Assembly: GCA_964199315.1 (NCBI GenBank)
Contig: OZ116701.1
Span: forward strand, 7,254,001 to 7,318,000
Length of the DNA: 64,000 nucleotides
Origin: Orbicella franksi
Lineage: Eukaryota
Reading direction: 5' to 3'
Of this stretch, positions 12,591 to 25,368 are shown piece by piece (the stretch's first letter is position 1; each line of letters starts with the position of its first letter). The notes beneath the pieces were generated by a model. It had not been told where the DNA came from and ran no database searches. It saw only the letters and a program-made list of their open reading frames with translations. The translations under genes were made by a program, and so were the position numbers.

Positions 12591-14764
12591 TTAAACCTCG
12601 GTACAAATAGCTGTACACAGGACGCCCTACAACTGAAACAGACAGCCGATACAGTGACGATTTATACCGGCTGATATGATCACACCTGAAGAACTTTGTT
12701 CGGTGAAGAACGAAAGCAAATTAATGGTGGTGCACGTGATAAGTTAAACGCAAGAAGTTGTGTGGTTATGGTCTAGCCTGAATCCTAGGCCTCGACATCG
12801 ATATTTTGTCGCGGCCGCTCGTCTCGGATACGTCACTGAAATGAATCGACCATGATGGCCTGAGAAAAGGCCGTACTGGATCTAGGCGAACGCCAGTCAT
12901 AAAACTACACGGTGAGTTTGATGTGGTGTTTCTCTTCCTAATTTACCACCAGTAACTAGTGTGGGTTTTGTGATTGTCCTAAACCTAAAGTAATCTCAAA
13001 CGAAAAGTCAAAAAACTTTACGTTGAAGTAATTCAAGTACAGCTTGTTTCAGTTTTCCTGTTCTTGAGCTTAACTTGCTTTTAAAACTCCTGACCAGGAC
13101 ATTTCTCTCCCCAGCCAATCATCCCAGAGCTTTTCTCTATTAAATCCTTCTGTCGCGAAAAAGCAGTGGTCGAAGCGACCGCGAGATATGAGAGAAAATA
13201 AACAAACAACCCAGCTTGTTGCTTTAGAAGGGCACCGCCCCTCTTAACCGTCCTCGATTATTTTGACATTTTCAAATACTTTGCGCTGTTATGTATTTCC
13301 ATAATGTCTGTTTCTGATTTTGATAGAAATCGAGCGAGAAACTAGATAAGACGTCTAATTAGTAAAGGTAGGTATAGTGATTATAATGAGTCAGCTTTTA
13401 GCCAAGGTGAAGTTTGCTTTTTACTCCATCACCTGGACATTTATGTAAAAGAACCTATTCTTTCAGCCTCAACGCCGGTAACTTAATAAAAAGCATTTTC
13501 CGTACTTCCCAAAGGGCATTCTAATAGTCTTAAACTTTTTAAATAATTTTCGAGCTATTTTCAATTCAGAAACAAACTTTCCTTAATTAGTTTCTGGTTG
13601 ATATTTTGCTTGCAGTAACGTGGGGTGTTGGAGAAAATGAAAACAAGCCTGGAAGGCAGTTACTATAACATTGATTTCGTTGCTGCGTTTACGAGATAAG
13701 GAGTTGAAATTCGACTTTAATTGAGAAGATCCGTTTTTGCAATGCATAAGCCCTCGAGGAATCGCCAATAAAAACATCATTAAAAATAAATAGAACGAAG
13801 CTGAATTAAAGAAATATATTTAAAAACAGACTAAAGCATAGAATTGTGGCTTTATATCGTGACTACTGAAATATTTTTGATTTGTATTTGCACGGGTCTC
13901 TCGTAAATACAACCAGATCATAAATATAAAATTATGTCAGCGAATAGCATAGCGACCCTTGTACGAATTCGGTCGAATTCAATTCCCGAGCGCTTAAATA
14001 GATAATAAAATTCGAATAGACTTCTATTTTAACTGAGTCTAAAATTTGTTTGTTCTTAAAAGCAAAGTGAGTTTAAAAATGGTTCTTGCCGTTTTATTTT
14101 CGTGGTCATGATAACTGAATTGAAGACAGGAAAATCGGAAGCAATATCGAAAAGTTGATAGCACTCCAGTGATAAATCAGAGACATTATGAGAAACCTGG
14201 CTGAAGGACACACTTTTATTTGTGATGTTAGTTTTTGTCTAGTTGCCTCTTTATTATTTACCTAACACAAGGAGCTTCAACGGGTTTTCAGCGGAAATTG
14301 TGATATACTTGACGAGATAATCACGGATAGAAACTATAGACTGAATATGTTAAAATGGACTAAAAATTTAAATATGGCGAGTGATGATACCGACCTAGCT
14401 CAAACCTTCTAATTCTGATTCCAACGAAAAATTCTACATAATTGGATTCGCGTAGAGTAAAGATTTCACCCCAAACGAGCGGGTTTCTTGTCTTTAATTT
14501 GTGTTTGCATGTCCGTTTGTTTGTTCACTGAGCCATAATTTCTGATTTCTATGACCACTGGGTCTGATGTCTGGTATTTCATTTAGCATAATTGAAACCG
14601 AATGAAAACTGAAAACCCGTCTGATGACTGAAGAACTAGAAGGTTCGGAAGAGGAACTAAGAGATGGATTGATCGATTCATTCGATATGAAAAAGAACAC
14701 CAACTTTAAGTAGTGCGGTGAATGGAAGAAAAAAGTAACATTTGCCTTGAATTGTCTCCTCCGT

Positions 14765-14797
14765 AATAAATAAATAAATAAATAAATAGATAAATAA
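14765..14797. repeat. (AAAT)n microsatellite
   Basis: aataaataaataaataaataaatagataaataaa. Confidence 0.9.
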
Positions 14798-17349
14798 AAT
14801 TGCTAATGACCCTTGTGTTGTGATTCAGTGACATGCAATTCGCGGGCATCACTGAAAAGTTTGAATTTAATCCCAAGCTTTGCAAGGTTTTGAGATCTCA
14901 AATTAAATTATGACTGAAAAAATTCGAAACACCTATAAAATATTTGCTATTCCGGACTGGAAAAGAAAACGAACTCGCTGTTTTTCTTATTATTTGGCGC
15001 GAGCTCAACAATTAATTTTAGCAAATTAATTTTAGGCGTCTTTGGCCGCCAGTTCCAAGATCACAGTTAACAAGGTCTTACAATAACGTCGTTGATATTG
15101 TAGAATGTAGTTAGTCTTCAGGAAAATCTACAACCAGGGCTTATACATATAGTAAATAAATACCAAAACAGATGCATTTTAAAATCAAACGAAAACGAAA
15201 AGAAGGTGAATTTACAAAACGTAACTTAACATAACTCGGTGGCGGGTTTTCATAACTGAATTCACAAAATAACTAATTTATAACCAGACATGCAACGTTT
15301 GAAATTTTCCGGATTGGTCAATGGACGAAAAATAACATCAGGGATCGGAAATTCGCCAAAGTAAAACATTAAGTTACCAATTATGACTGCGGAAAACGCT
15401 GATGAGAATTCGGGGTTTGAAGCGGGTGAGGTGCCGAAATGTGTTTCACAACAAAACCTGCCAAGGGCTGCCGTATTTTCCCATCCCTTTGTCACGAAAC
15501 CACAACCATTTAAACTGAAGGACAAGTCATAAATTAAATATGTTCGTATAATTAACAGTGTTTGTTCAGACGGGCTTCCCTGGCAACTCGCGTGGTTAAA
15601 GCGAGACGTGCGTGGAACGGGTCCGTGGAACGTGTACTACTTTCTGCCGAAAGGCCATCAACTGGTATCGTCAGCTTTAATCCTAGCAACGGCATGAGCC
15701 CCGCTGTTTGGCGCAGCAGAGACCCCCAGCATCTCGGAGAGAAATAACTTGAGATCTGTTTCTTGCAGGTGAAAAACGAGAGCACGGTAAATAATATGCA
15801 AGTTATGCTTGTGACAACGAGATCTCTATCGGCCATGCCGGTGATCGATTTTTTTACGGCAAATAAATAAATAAAATAAAATAAATAAGTGGGATCTGCG
15901 CCATTTAGCGGTGGCACAATCACTCTTTGTCCACTGCTTTCAGACCAATTTGGAATAAAAAAATGTTTTTGTGGAGGGAGGAAAACCGCACAATCCGCGG
16001 TCTCTTTTGCGATCGGAGAAAGCGGGGTATTCAAAGGTCAATGGCCAAACAAAGCACGGGCGCGTGGTGAATCTTATGACGATAGCGTGGGTACAAAAGT
16101 TAAAGTACTCTACTCGCAAACTTTAAGTACCTTGTGATCTGAATTAATGGAATTTCTAGTAGATTTTTCCATCTTCGAAGTCAGGGATGTTTTTTCCTCT
16201 TTCTATTTATGACCGTAGCTACTGTTTTGAAAACAGAGAGCAATAATAAGTGGAGCAAATTTTAGGCTGCCAAGTTGCTAATTCGAACAAATTCTCCTTG
16301 CCCCAGACATAGACCTGATACCTACCGGAACACAGGGCATTTAAATGTAAGAAAAGCCTTTAAAATGATTGTAGTTATTTGTTTGTTGGTCTTACGTTCC
16401 AACAAACGTGATTTTTTTAATGCTCCACAGTGTACTGCAAAATATTGAAGAGTCGAATACAAGACCTAAAATTGGCATGTCACGAAAGATATGTGCTGTA
16501 TAAGCAGGTATAAATGTTCCGAGCTAATACCGCGCACAGAGATCGAATACTCCCCGATTTCTAAAGAGATTTGCTAAATTCTGAGGAAAACTGGGTAGGA
16601 AATGTAGAAATGATCGTTACCTTGGAATCCAGAAGGCTCTTCGAAAAGGTAACAAAGAAGTGGAATGCGTCCCTCCAGGACAGGAATCGAAAGCGATAGT
16701 AGTGGGTCAATCAGGGCTACCGTAAAAATAGTGTAACAGATTGATAGGATAGGGTTTTATCGTAAATGATATACGAGCCGTTTAAATGAAAACACAATAC
16801 AGATATAATTGACACCAGCCTAATCCGGGGAAACGCGCACGGAAAGCACATGAGGAAAGAAAAGCATGCTAAGAATTATTTTGGTAGGCTTTGTTTTCAA
16901 GCGAGGAATTAAACGAAGTGTTGACGTCTTTGGTTTGTAAAATACACGAAAACCTGTGATGCTCCCTGAAGGGTCCTGTAATATTGCTTCATTCAAGACC
17001 ATGCCCCACCCAGCGGATCGTTTTAACTGTCACGCCATATTTTGAATCTCTCGAATTTATCAAAAACCATCCTGGCTATAGCACTAGAAGTGAAATACTC
17101 ATCCAAAATACAGCTTTTTACGAGAAAGAAGCTATTTACTCGGCCGTGTACAATTTAACTTCGTTTTCGAGGTGTTACATGGCATTAAATCAGCGAATCA
17201 GAATACAGAATTGACTCTTTTGACCAATGAGGTGTATCCAAGCTTATTTCGGTTTCCCGCGGTGGACAATCTCTTCATACACCGACAAGTACTCGTGCGT
17301 TACAAAAACTGGGTAACTAGGTATTTGCCGAGTCAGATTCAACTTACAC

Positions 17350-17782
17350 CGTCCAACTTCTCTACGAAGTGGCCGTTGTAGAGAGGTGGCCATTACGGGG
17401 AGGTAGGAGTGTAATATGACTCCATTTTTTTTTTCCGGGGTGCAACGTTTTTATCCTTGAAAGATGCTTATTGTAGCATGTAAATACGTAGCACAATCAA
17501 AATATATCGATAAAACATTAGCCAAACAGAAACAGATATACCAAAAACGCGCGGTATGGATCAAACTTTGTGACCTTCTAGAAGAAAAAGGGATTTGTAC
17601 AAACCTGTTCCTCAGACGTTGATTAACTGGGCGTTTTCAAGAGGTTATTTTGGTAAATGTGATGGGCCTCAATGGCCGTTACCGTTGTGGAGAGGTTAAA
17701 ATATGAGTGAAGGTATGGACTGTCCGCCGGAACAGAAAAAATGACCTTAGCGGAGAGGTGGCCGTCAGTGAAGCTTCGACTG
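17350..17782. mobile_element. Tc1/mariner-type non-autonomous element, left end degraded
   Basis: Right end ...gaagcttcgactg|ta resembles the TA|CAGTGGAACCTCG terminus at 44447; repeated gagaggtggcc subterminal motifs at both ends. Confidence 0.55.
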
Positions 17783-20700
17783 TAGACAATCTAACTAACT
17801 GACCGAGCGATCGATGATGAAGCATTCAGTGAATTAATTAAATGAAATTATTTAACATCAGGCGGCGGCTGTACGTGAAAACAGACGCGTAATTCTGTGA
17901 ACTGTCGCTGATCGACAGCATCCCTCTATATATTTGCACTCGATTGAGATTGCCCCAACGTTTTACAGTCTTTTTGTTATTTGAATATATTTTATAAGAA
18001 TATCGAGGTTAAAATTTGCGAAGTTTTAAGAATATCTTAAGAACAAGCCCGAGGCTGAGATTTTGAAAAGAATCTAATTTTGTGCGTTGAAAATTTGTAA
18101 ATATAATACAATTATATGTTTCTAACTAAACCGTATAGAATCCTTCCTTTCTCTAAGCGGCAAAAATAGCCAAAAAACAACACAGTCGGTACTAGCTTTA
18201 TGTTCGATGCTAACGAATTTTCTGCAAGACGTTTTGTGTTCTGAAGTCTGGTTCCAAAACGGTGTTATTTTAATTTTTTTCTGCAGTCTGGCTCCAAAAT
18301 TACTTCAACGCCATCAATGTCGTGATAGGACAGATAATCTGACGGCATCCACTTTGTATTCCTTTTATTTAGACCATAGTTAGTTTAGGAGACTACGTTC
18401 AGACTGGGCCATGCCAGGAAAGCAATATTCTTATAGAAAAAGAGGGTGTGCAGGAAAACACCACTGAACTAAATTTGATTATGTTGGGTCTTGGTGTGCT
18501 TTAAAATCGTTCTATTTAGACTATTCTTACATGCAAGTTCACTAACAAAGTGGAACCACGCCTATATAAGATCAGAAGCATTATTCGTGTGTGATTACCG
18601 ACCCCAAACTGCTACAGTTTCAGGTTTTTTAATGGACTAAAAGCTGCGAAATGAATAAATTACTTGAAGACTAAGGGATTGTCTCAAAAGCTGCCGATAT
18701 TTTGTCAGAAGACTATCTTGAAACCTTTATAGTTGCGTAATACACTTTGCTTCCTTCGTCGACGCGTTACACCTCAAGTGAAAAGCCACGAACAAATGCT
18801 CTCACTGAATTTCCTCAGCGTTATCATTAAAATCCAGCTAGTAAAAAGAATAATCATAATATTGGTTGTCTTATAACTAGGTGCGGTTAAACTCGGGTTT
18901 TATTAAGAGTAAAATTTAAATATATTTGAATTAACAAACAAACCTCAAGGTAAATAAATATTTTGTTATCTTGGACGGAATAAAATATTAATTGATAAGC
19001 GTTGCTTTGGCAGTATTTTTGCTGTTGATACAGTTGTAGCATCATGAAAAAAAGAAGACATTTTTTCCCTATTTATCTGGGCTTAAGCGGTCCCTGTATC
19101 TTATCGTTCCTACCTATATAATATGCTATTATAACAATAGTCCTTCGAAAACTATTTCATTCATTCAAGTTCGCCCAGATGTGATAAAGTTTGCAAACTA
19201 ATTTACTGAATTTCTTCGGGTAAAGTCTGTAAAATTAATCTTGTTCTGTTATATTTCCACGTGAGTCGGCAAGGAGACAACATCGCAGCGAAACACACAA
19301 AAGAACAGAGTATGGGCGAGAAAAGCTTTTGCGGAAAATATTCCTCCCCTTACAAAGTGATGCATTATTCAGACCGTTAGGTACATCGGTTACGGCTCAC
19401 ACGAATCAAGAAGGAAAACTGTTCTGGGTGTATTGTCCGAGAGGATTTAGCGGAGGAATTTTAGTGAATATAAACGTTAAAAATACTCACGGTTTGTTCA
19501 GAGAGAAAGGTTGAGCCGGAAAGGAAAATTCTCGAGAGCTCCTCGCTTCCCCTAGTCGTTGATTAAAATTAGGAAGTCTGTGAAAAGTTTCAATTTTAAT
19601 TTAGTTCTCTTGACAAATATCGCTTTCGTAAAACAAATAAAGCGGTGTTTTAAATATAAATGTAAATACACATGGCCATTATTTCAACAGTGCGACCAAT
19701 CACCGCCGTAATATTTCCATCGTAACAGCATAATTCAGAGCGATAACTCAGTGATAACAGTATTGTTTGTAGTGTCATCCCCGAAGGTTCTAGATATTCC
19801 CAGACGACGAAGCCAGAGGAAAATTTGGCGAAATGCGAATTCGCTTCTCTCGCACTATTATGGCTGCAATAAAGTCTCCCGGCTGTAGACCACACAAACT
19901 TTGTGTTGTGTTGTTCGAGGAGACAAAAGTCTTTCCGTGACTGCTTTGGATACGCGACGTGAAATTAAATTAATTAGTTCGCGGAAAAGGAAGTTTTCAT
20001 AGTAACAAAAATATGACCCTGGGCTATTTAAATCAAAAACAGAAAGTCTTGGAATATATATCTTGTCTTCTGTTTATCGTTTTTTTTATTATTATTTCAG
20101 TCCCGTATATACCTTACGTGGAGATGCATGGCTTTTCTGCAATGATGAAACTAAGACTGTTTTGTCATCGGCTTAACCTTTTTGGGCCGGAAAGACAAAA
20201 ATAAACCCTGATTGGGCGGATACGAAGACTAGTTGTGATTAAGTCTATGACTTTCTGATTTCGTTCTTTTCCTTTATGGAGATGATTAAACATGGCAAGA
20301 GTAGACTCCGCCAAACACTGATAAATTTAAAAGTAAAAAAAAATTAGATTCAACTTCTTACTTTACACATGTTGTCAAAATACTCAGGAGTGTTTAGAAT
20401 TCTGTTCAGAATTGTCTTTTGAAATATTGTACATGCTGCGCATCAATCATACTTGGCCAAGTCAATTTTTGCAACAAGGAAAATAACTTAATGCTAATTA
20501 TTCACTGCTATTAGCCTTATTTGTAGAGATATTGAATCACAAAAAAAGTAGAAAATTTTACGTTACCAAATTTTAAACGCAAAGAATAAAAATCCCCAAT
20601 AAAAACTGGTTGGTCTCAAGGCTTTTCCCTCCCCAGGCCTCAGCTAAGTTTGAACATAATTTTTTTTTAACCCGAGGCTTTGGGAAAGAGACGAATAAAA

Positions 20701-21159
20701 TCTGGTCCGTGAGTGATTTTTGCAAAGGGAAAGCTTATTTTCTGAAACTAAAATGAAAATAGAAAACAATATATATATATATATATTTTTTGCACTTTTG
20801 TCAAAGCCATGTAAAACATCTATAATTTGCGTGACTTTTTTCAACAGGGAGCTTGAAACAAAAGCACAGATAATCGGGCTTCCGTTGTAAACAAATGAGC
20901 AATCATTTTAACGACTCTGGCATTGTGATTTTACGGCAGGAAATGTTGAGTTTCCGGCTAAAACTCACTTTGCAGCTGCTGCTAGTTAGCTCGAAAAAGT
21001 ATAGTAAATGGAACTGAATTAGTTGACGAACAATTTAGTAGTCATATAGAGCCTTTTAATGGCTTTCAGTTAAAATTCTTAGATTTCAAATAAGTTAAGT
21101 TTCCCATTTCTCCATTCCAGTTGTTCAAGTAATAGTTTCTCTTTACTCATTCAATACAG

Positions 21160-24100
21160 ATTCTCGCAATTAGGTGATGAGAATGAACCGGTCGTATCAA
21201 TGTACTTCGGAGATGTTCGTCATATGCACTTTCCTGATGATCCGCGAAATTCTCCGCAAGTAGAGGTAGCTGTACTGTAAAGCTAAGAGAATTGATATTT
21301 TGAGAGTTAGGTTATTTTCATCATTGATTGCCACACAGATGCTTGGCTTCGTTTAGTGGTGGTTACCTAGTAGTAAATCAAGACAATACAAGGCTCGTTA
21401 ATTCTTTTACAGGCTTTTACCCTTGACTTGCTTGTGGCTTTTTTCACGACTGACGGTATCACAAGCCGGCCCTTTTAAACTAGTAATACATATTGATGAG
21501 TTTGGATAGAGTCACGAACTAGAAATTTTAGACATGCATGGTGTTATCTTTCTTTCCACTGTTTTTTTCCTGCTAATTAAATTTTCGTAGTTAGGTAGGC
21601 TGATTCTACGAAGACGGAGATACTCGTCAAAAAAATACTTTACAAGATTATGGCGGTCACCAAAGCAAGGAAATCTGGATGAATCGAGAAGGGCGATATA
21701 ATACAAGCTTTGTTTCACGTTTGTTCGGTAGTTCCCGAGGACCGGAGATCTTACCGCAGGAAACATTAATAGCAAAATTAATACCCTAAGGGCACAGATC
21801 TCTCCAATTGTGGACATCACGTGCATGACCTTCGCATCGTGTCCTTTCCACGCCGTTTCTAGTCGTGAAGCGCGTGCAACAAAGACAAGTGAGAATGACA
21901 GGCCATTTAAATATATTTTTTAAGTTTAAAGCTCTTTTCTTACAGTTAATTATTAAAGAAATTCAATAGTTACAAGTGAATGTTCCCGACTTTCCCTAGG
22001 AAGAGAACGAGAAATTCAGAAAGAGGCTTGATTTAAAGGAGTCATAGCACGATTTGTTCGTCTTGAAAAATGTAGCCTAAGTCTTTCAAGCAGGTAATTC
22101 ACATTCCGCGTAATCTTTTCCATCCTTTACCATCCTCGCTTGTTCTCTGGTTCAAATTACCACTGTGGTATTTTTCAGCCTTAGTAAACTGTGATTTCGA
22201 AGTTTCCACAAATTGAAAGCGATGTTTTCGTGGCAAAACTTCGTAACATAGCCCTTTTAAATACGCCTCAACGACTGATTAATCCTACAGAATGTACCTC
22301 ACAACCGAGTGCGAGAAGTCTGCGTCTAACGCAAGATTCCTTTACACCCGCCTTTTAAATATATTTAGCACCATCTCCGCAAAGGATAGACAGCATAAAT
22401 ATTAGACTTATTAAATTTTAATAGAACTGCTAAATAAATACATCCACTGAACCCTTTTAATCTACCAGACACTGATAGCCTGAACTGCCAGTCACCTCAC
22501 GCCATCAGCCTACTACGATTATCAACTGAGTAAGACGAGAGCTTTGACGGAGTTTTGGTGACCAAGTTTTGGATTCAAAATTATCGTGTTGCCACAGGCA
22601 ACCTTCCTCGCTTCTAATGGTACCAATACCGTCGCGTGCAATTTCGTGCTCTTTGCTGCCAATTACGTCAAAGGCCGAAGTCGCAACTAGAAACGGAGCT
22701 AGTTGCCCGTGACAACAAAACAAGTTGAATCTTAAAACCCGGTCACCAAACTTTCGTCGCACCTTACTCAACTGATAATCGTAGTAATTACCGTCTCTCG
22801 CCCGGAGATTAGGCCGAGGGCGGGGGAGATGACTGGCATTTGAGGCCAAGACACTGACCACCCCGTAATAAATACAACATTGACCCAGTGTGCAGTAAAT
22901 ACGTAGGGTCATGAGTTTTGAACCATGACATTAACGATAAATAAATTACATGACGCTTCCGTCTATGCACTGTCCCATTATCTTCAAATATTAGTTCATT
23001 CTGTAACAAATAAAATATTCCCTTACTCCAATCCTTTCCCTCCCTATACCCAATGTAAACTATCTAAAAAAATTAACAATAATGAATTTAAAACCGACTA
23101 ATTATTGATAAAATACTATCATAATAACATCTCTTTGCTAATGGCAATATTTTCAGAGGAAAGAAATGCCACATACAAGCAAATTGTCAAAGAAATTGAC
23201 ATAAAGGCTTCATTTCCGCGTTTCAACATTGAGTTTCTAATTCGTGACAATATCTCTGAAAAGTCACACAAGTCTAGTCACAAAACTCTTGCCAACAATT
23301 CTAACCAATTAGGAGCAATGACGGCGTATTTTTAACCAATCAGGTTCAGCATTTTGAACCAATCGTGATAAGGCGCACGCGGCATTTCCCGTGCTTGTCG
23401 CTAGTTTTATTTCGAGTTCCAATTGATTCATATTGGAGTTATGGTCTGGCTCGGTCACGCAATTGTCACGCTCTAGAATGACGCGTGACAGAATCGCCTT
23501 CTAACGTAGCATGACCTAGCTTCAAAGAATAAATGTTATGATACAACATAAAGTGACAGAAAACGCCTGAAATACGTGATCTAACTTGACTGGAAAGCCT
23601 TAAATAGAGTGAGGTAACATGAAGTGACAGACAAGCACGTGACCTATCGTGACAGAAACGTCTATTGAAACGTCTACAATAGAGTGAGCAACCATGACGT
23701 GACAGACAAACACGTGACCTAACGTGACAGAAAAGCCTAAAATAGATTGGCTACCATAAGATAATCGCGTTGGGGGACCTAAGGCCCACTTAGTACCCAC
23801 GGACTAAATAATGCCCAATCTGACCGGGACATATAATTTCCCCATATTTTATTTACCTCGGGGAAATAAATAAGTCACTGCTATTATGTAATGCAAGCTA
23901 TGGTCCACGATTTAGGAGGCCAAAAGCTGCATCCCTTTAAACAGCGTCCTGGATAGCCTTCTACCGCCAGGGAAAACGTACATCCATCAATACAACTTCG
24001 GTGACTTTGAAGGAAATAACCTTGATATCCACTGGCATGTCAGACCTCCCACGTATCGTCAGATGAATCTGTCGAGCTGTGACCTGGGCCGACTCGATCC

Positions 24101-24912
24101 ATATCCTAGTGATGTAATGAGAGACACGAATGTTTCAATCGTTCATCGTTCACGACCCATACCTTTCATTCTGACTACACGAACACGAGACATTCAGTGT
24201 GAAAAGTTTATTGAGTATGCGTGCGTTAGTCAGGTCTGATGCAAACGTATCTTAATACCAAACTCTGCATCCTCACAAATTACAACTATTGGTTCTACGC
24301 CCCTCCGGGGGGGGGGGTACTCCCTGAAAAATTGGGTGGTGGTGTGCGACCCGCTTCCCAAAACCCTTACCCAGTTTATAACCAAAATCTGCGACATTCC
24401 CTACCCTATTTATGACCTGACCAAAAATTCGAAACCCTACTTATGACCTGACCCTTAAATCAAAGCCCTGTTCCAGACTTGCGTTATACTTAGTTTCCTA
24501 GTTCAGACCAATGTTAAATTACCGTAAACATAATTTGTGAAGGGTTTCCGTTGATTTTCTTTTCGATAATGATGATAAAGTAGCTTCTTCTTAACAACTT
24601 ACCCATATCAAGGCTAGAGTGCAAAAATCATACCCTATTTATGACCAAAATGGCCAAAATCAGCTAAAATCGATACCCTATTTATGACCAAAACGGCTGA
24701 AAAATCATACCCTTTGGGGTCGCACATACCTATATAGCCCATATAAGGGAGTAAATCCCTTCCCCCCCCCCCCCCCGAGGTTCTAAGAGACACAATAAAC
24801 CACTAAAAAATCACCCTTTTAGACGTGGCCAAGAATATACATGTGGAAACGTATTCCTCATCTAATGCAGGTCATGCAGTCGCACGAGACCCCACGGAAG
24901 GGCACAGAATAA
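21160..24912 (+). CDS. Candidate unannotated multi-exon gene, C-terminal part; putative exons 21160-21265, 21413-21455, 21614-21727, 23157-23262, 23945-24233, 24823-24912
   Basis: Six GT-AG-bounded stop-free segments with compatible phases (2-0, 0-1, 1-1, 1-2, 2-0, 0-stop). The frame at 23916-24236 is open for 107 codons; the final TAA overlaps AATAAA (24908-24917). The acceptor at 21614 is weak and no homologue was recognised. Confidence 0.4.
22037..22256. mobile_element. TTAA-flanked MITE (Kolobok-type ends), related to 31054-31286
   Basis: TTAA|AGGAG ... CCCTT|TTAA; internal aaaatgtagcctaagtctttcaa...atcttttccatcctttaccatcc matches the 31054 copy. Confidence 0.6.
22513..22784. mobile_element. 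MITE with TA flanks
   Basis: TA|ctacgattatcaactgagtaag ... cttactcaactgataatcgtag|TA, plus inverted ttggtgacc/ggtcaccaa. Confidence 0.75.
23540..23760. repeat. Degenerate tandem repeat (~70-80 bp unit, about 3 copies)
   Basis: Unit aatagagtgag...catga(a/c)gtgacagacaa(g/a)cacgtgaccta(t/a)cgtgacagaaa repeated. Confidence 0.75.
24305..24778. mobile_element. Non-autonomous DNA element with poly-G/poly-C ends
   Basis: ccgggggggggggtactccc ... gggagtaaatcccttccccccccc; internal repeats of accctatttatgacc; related ends at 39742 and 59833. Confidence 0.7.
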
Positions 24913-25368
24913 ATAAACCACAACACTTTGACAATCTCCTGTCAAATGCTTCAATAAGCCGTAAGCAGCCCATGACACCCGCGAGCTTCTCATTCGTACC
25001 GTTAGAATATCAATTTCAAACTAATTCATTGTCACTCAACCGTCAGAAATTACATATTCTAACAGAGAATACGATAACTGAACAACGTTTAAGTTCATTC
25101 CAACCACAGGGATTGATAGACCAAAAGCTGTGCGTAATAAATTCCATACTGCAGCATGGAATTCCTGCTGTTACCGCCTAACACTTAGTGTTAATTTGCT
25201 TCTCGTATCGTTCATAGTTGAACTCAAGCACGTTTACAAAAACAGTTACTGCAGGCTAAAGATCAATGTAAATTGCTTTTGTACATAATTTGAGTACTAA
25301 CTAGAATTAAATATTTCTTAGTATGGTTTCGCTATGAAGGCAAACGTAAATGTGTTTCTTAGAACAGA

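Noticed and set aside
15396-15440. CTGATGAG...CGAAA hammerhead-like spacing
   Set aside because: Stem II and stem III cannot pair.
15552-16034. 160-aa minus-strand ORF in the track
   Set aside because: Runs through an (AAAT)n tract, no domain signal; likely spurious.
18246-18260. Codons for VWFQN (homeodomain helix 3)
   Set aside because: Followed by G rather than RR and no upstream helices in any spliceable frame; chance match.
20101-20175. Frame reading VYTLRGDAWLFCNDETKTV, reminiscent of the USP deubiquitinase W-x-x-x-N-D box
   Set aside because: Isolated short motif ending in a stop, with no catalytic His or Cys boxes nearby.
21140-21826. Minus-strand alternative: signal-peptide-like exon MSTIGEICALRVLILLLMFPA with further open segments
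   Set aside because: These overlap the + strand candidate exons in antisense and could not be extended to a credible stop and poly(A) site; kept only as an alternative for stranded RNA-seq to exclude.
22505-22912. 135-aa minus-strand ORF in the track
   Set aside because: Lies mostly within a TA-flanked MITE; no transposase motifs.
23540-23760. Repeat array considered as CRISPR-like
   Set aside because: Eukaryotic context, degenerate contiguous units, no unique spacers and no cas genes.
24825-25181. 118-aa + strand ORF in the track
   Set aside because: No domain signal; another frame from the same acceptor fits the upstream phase and ends on AATAAA better. It remains a possible alternative last exon.
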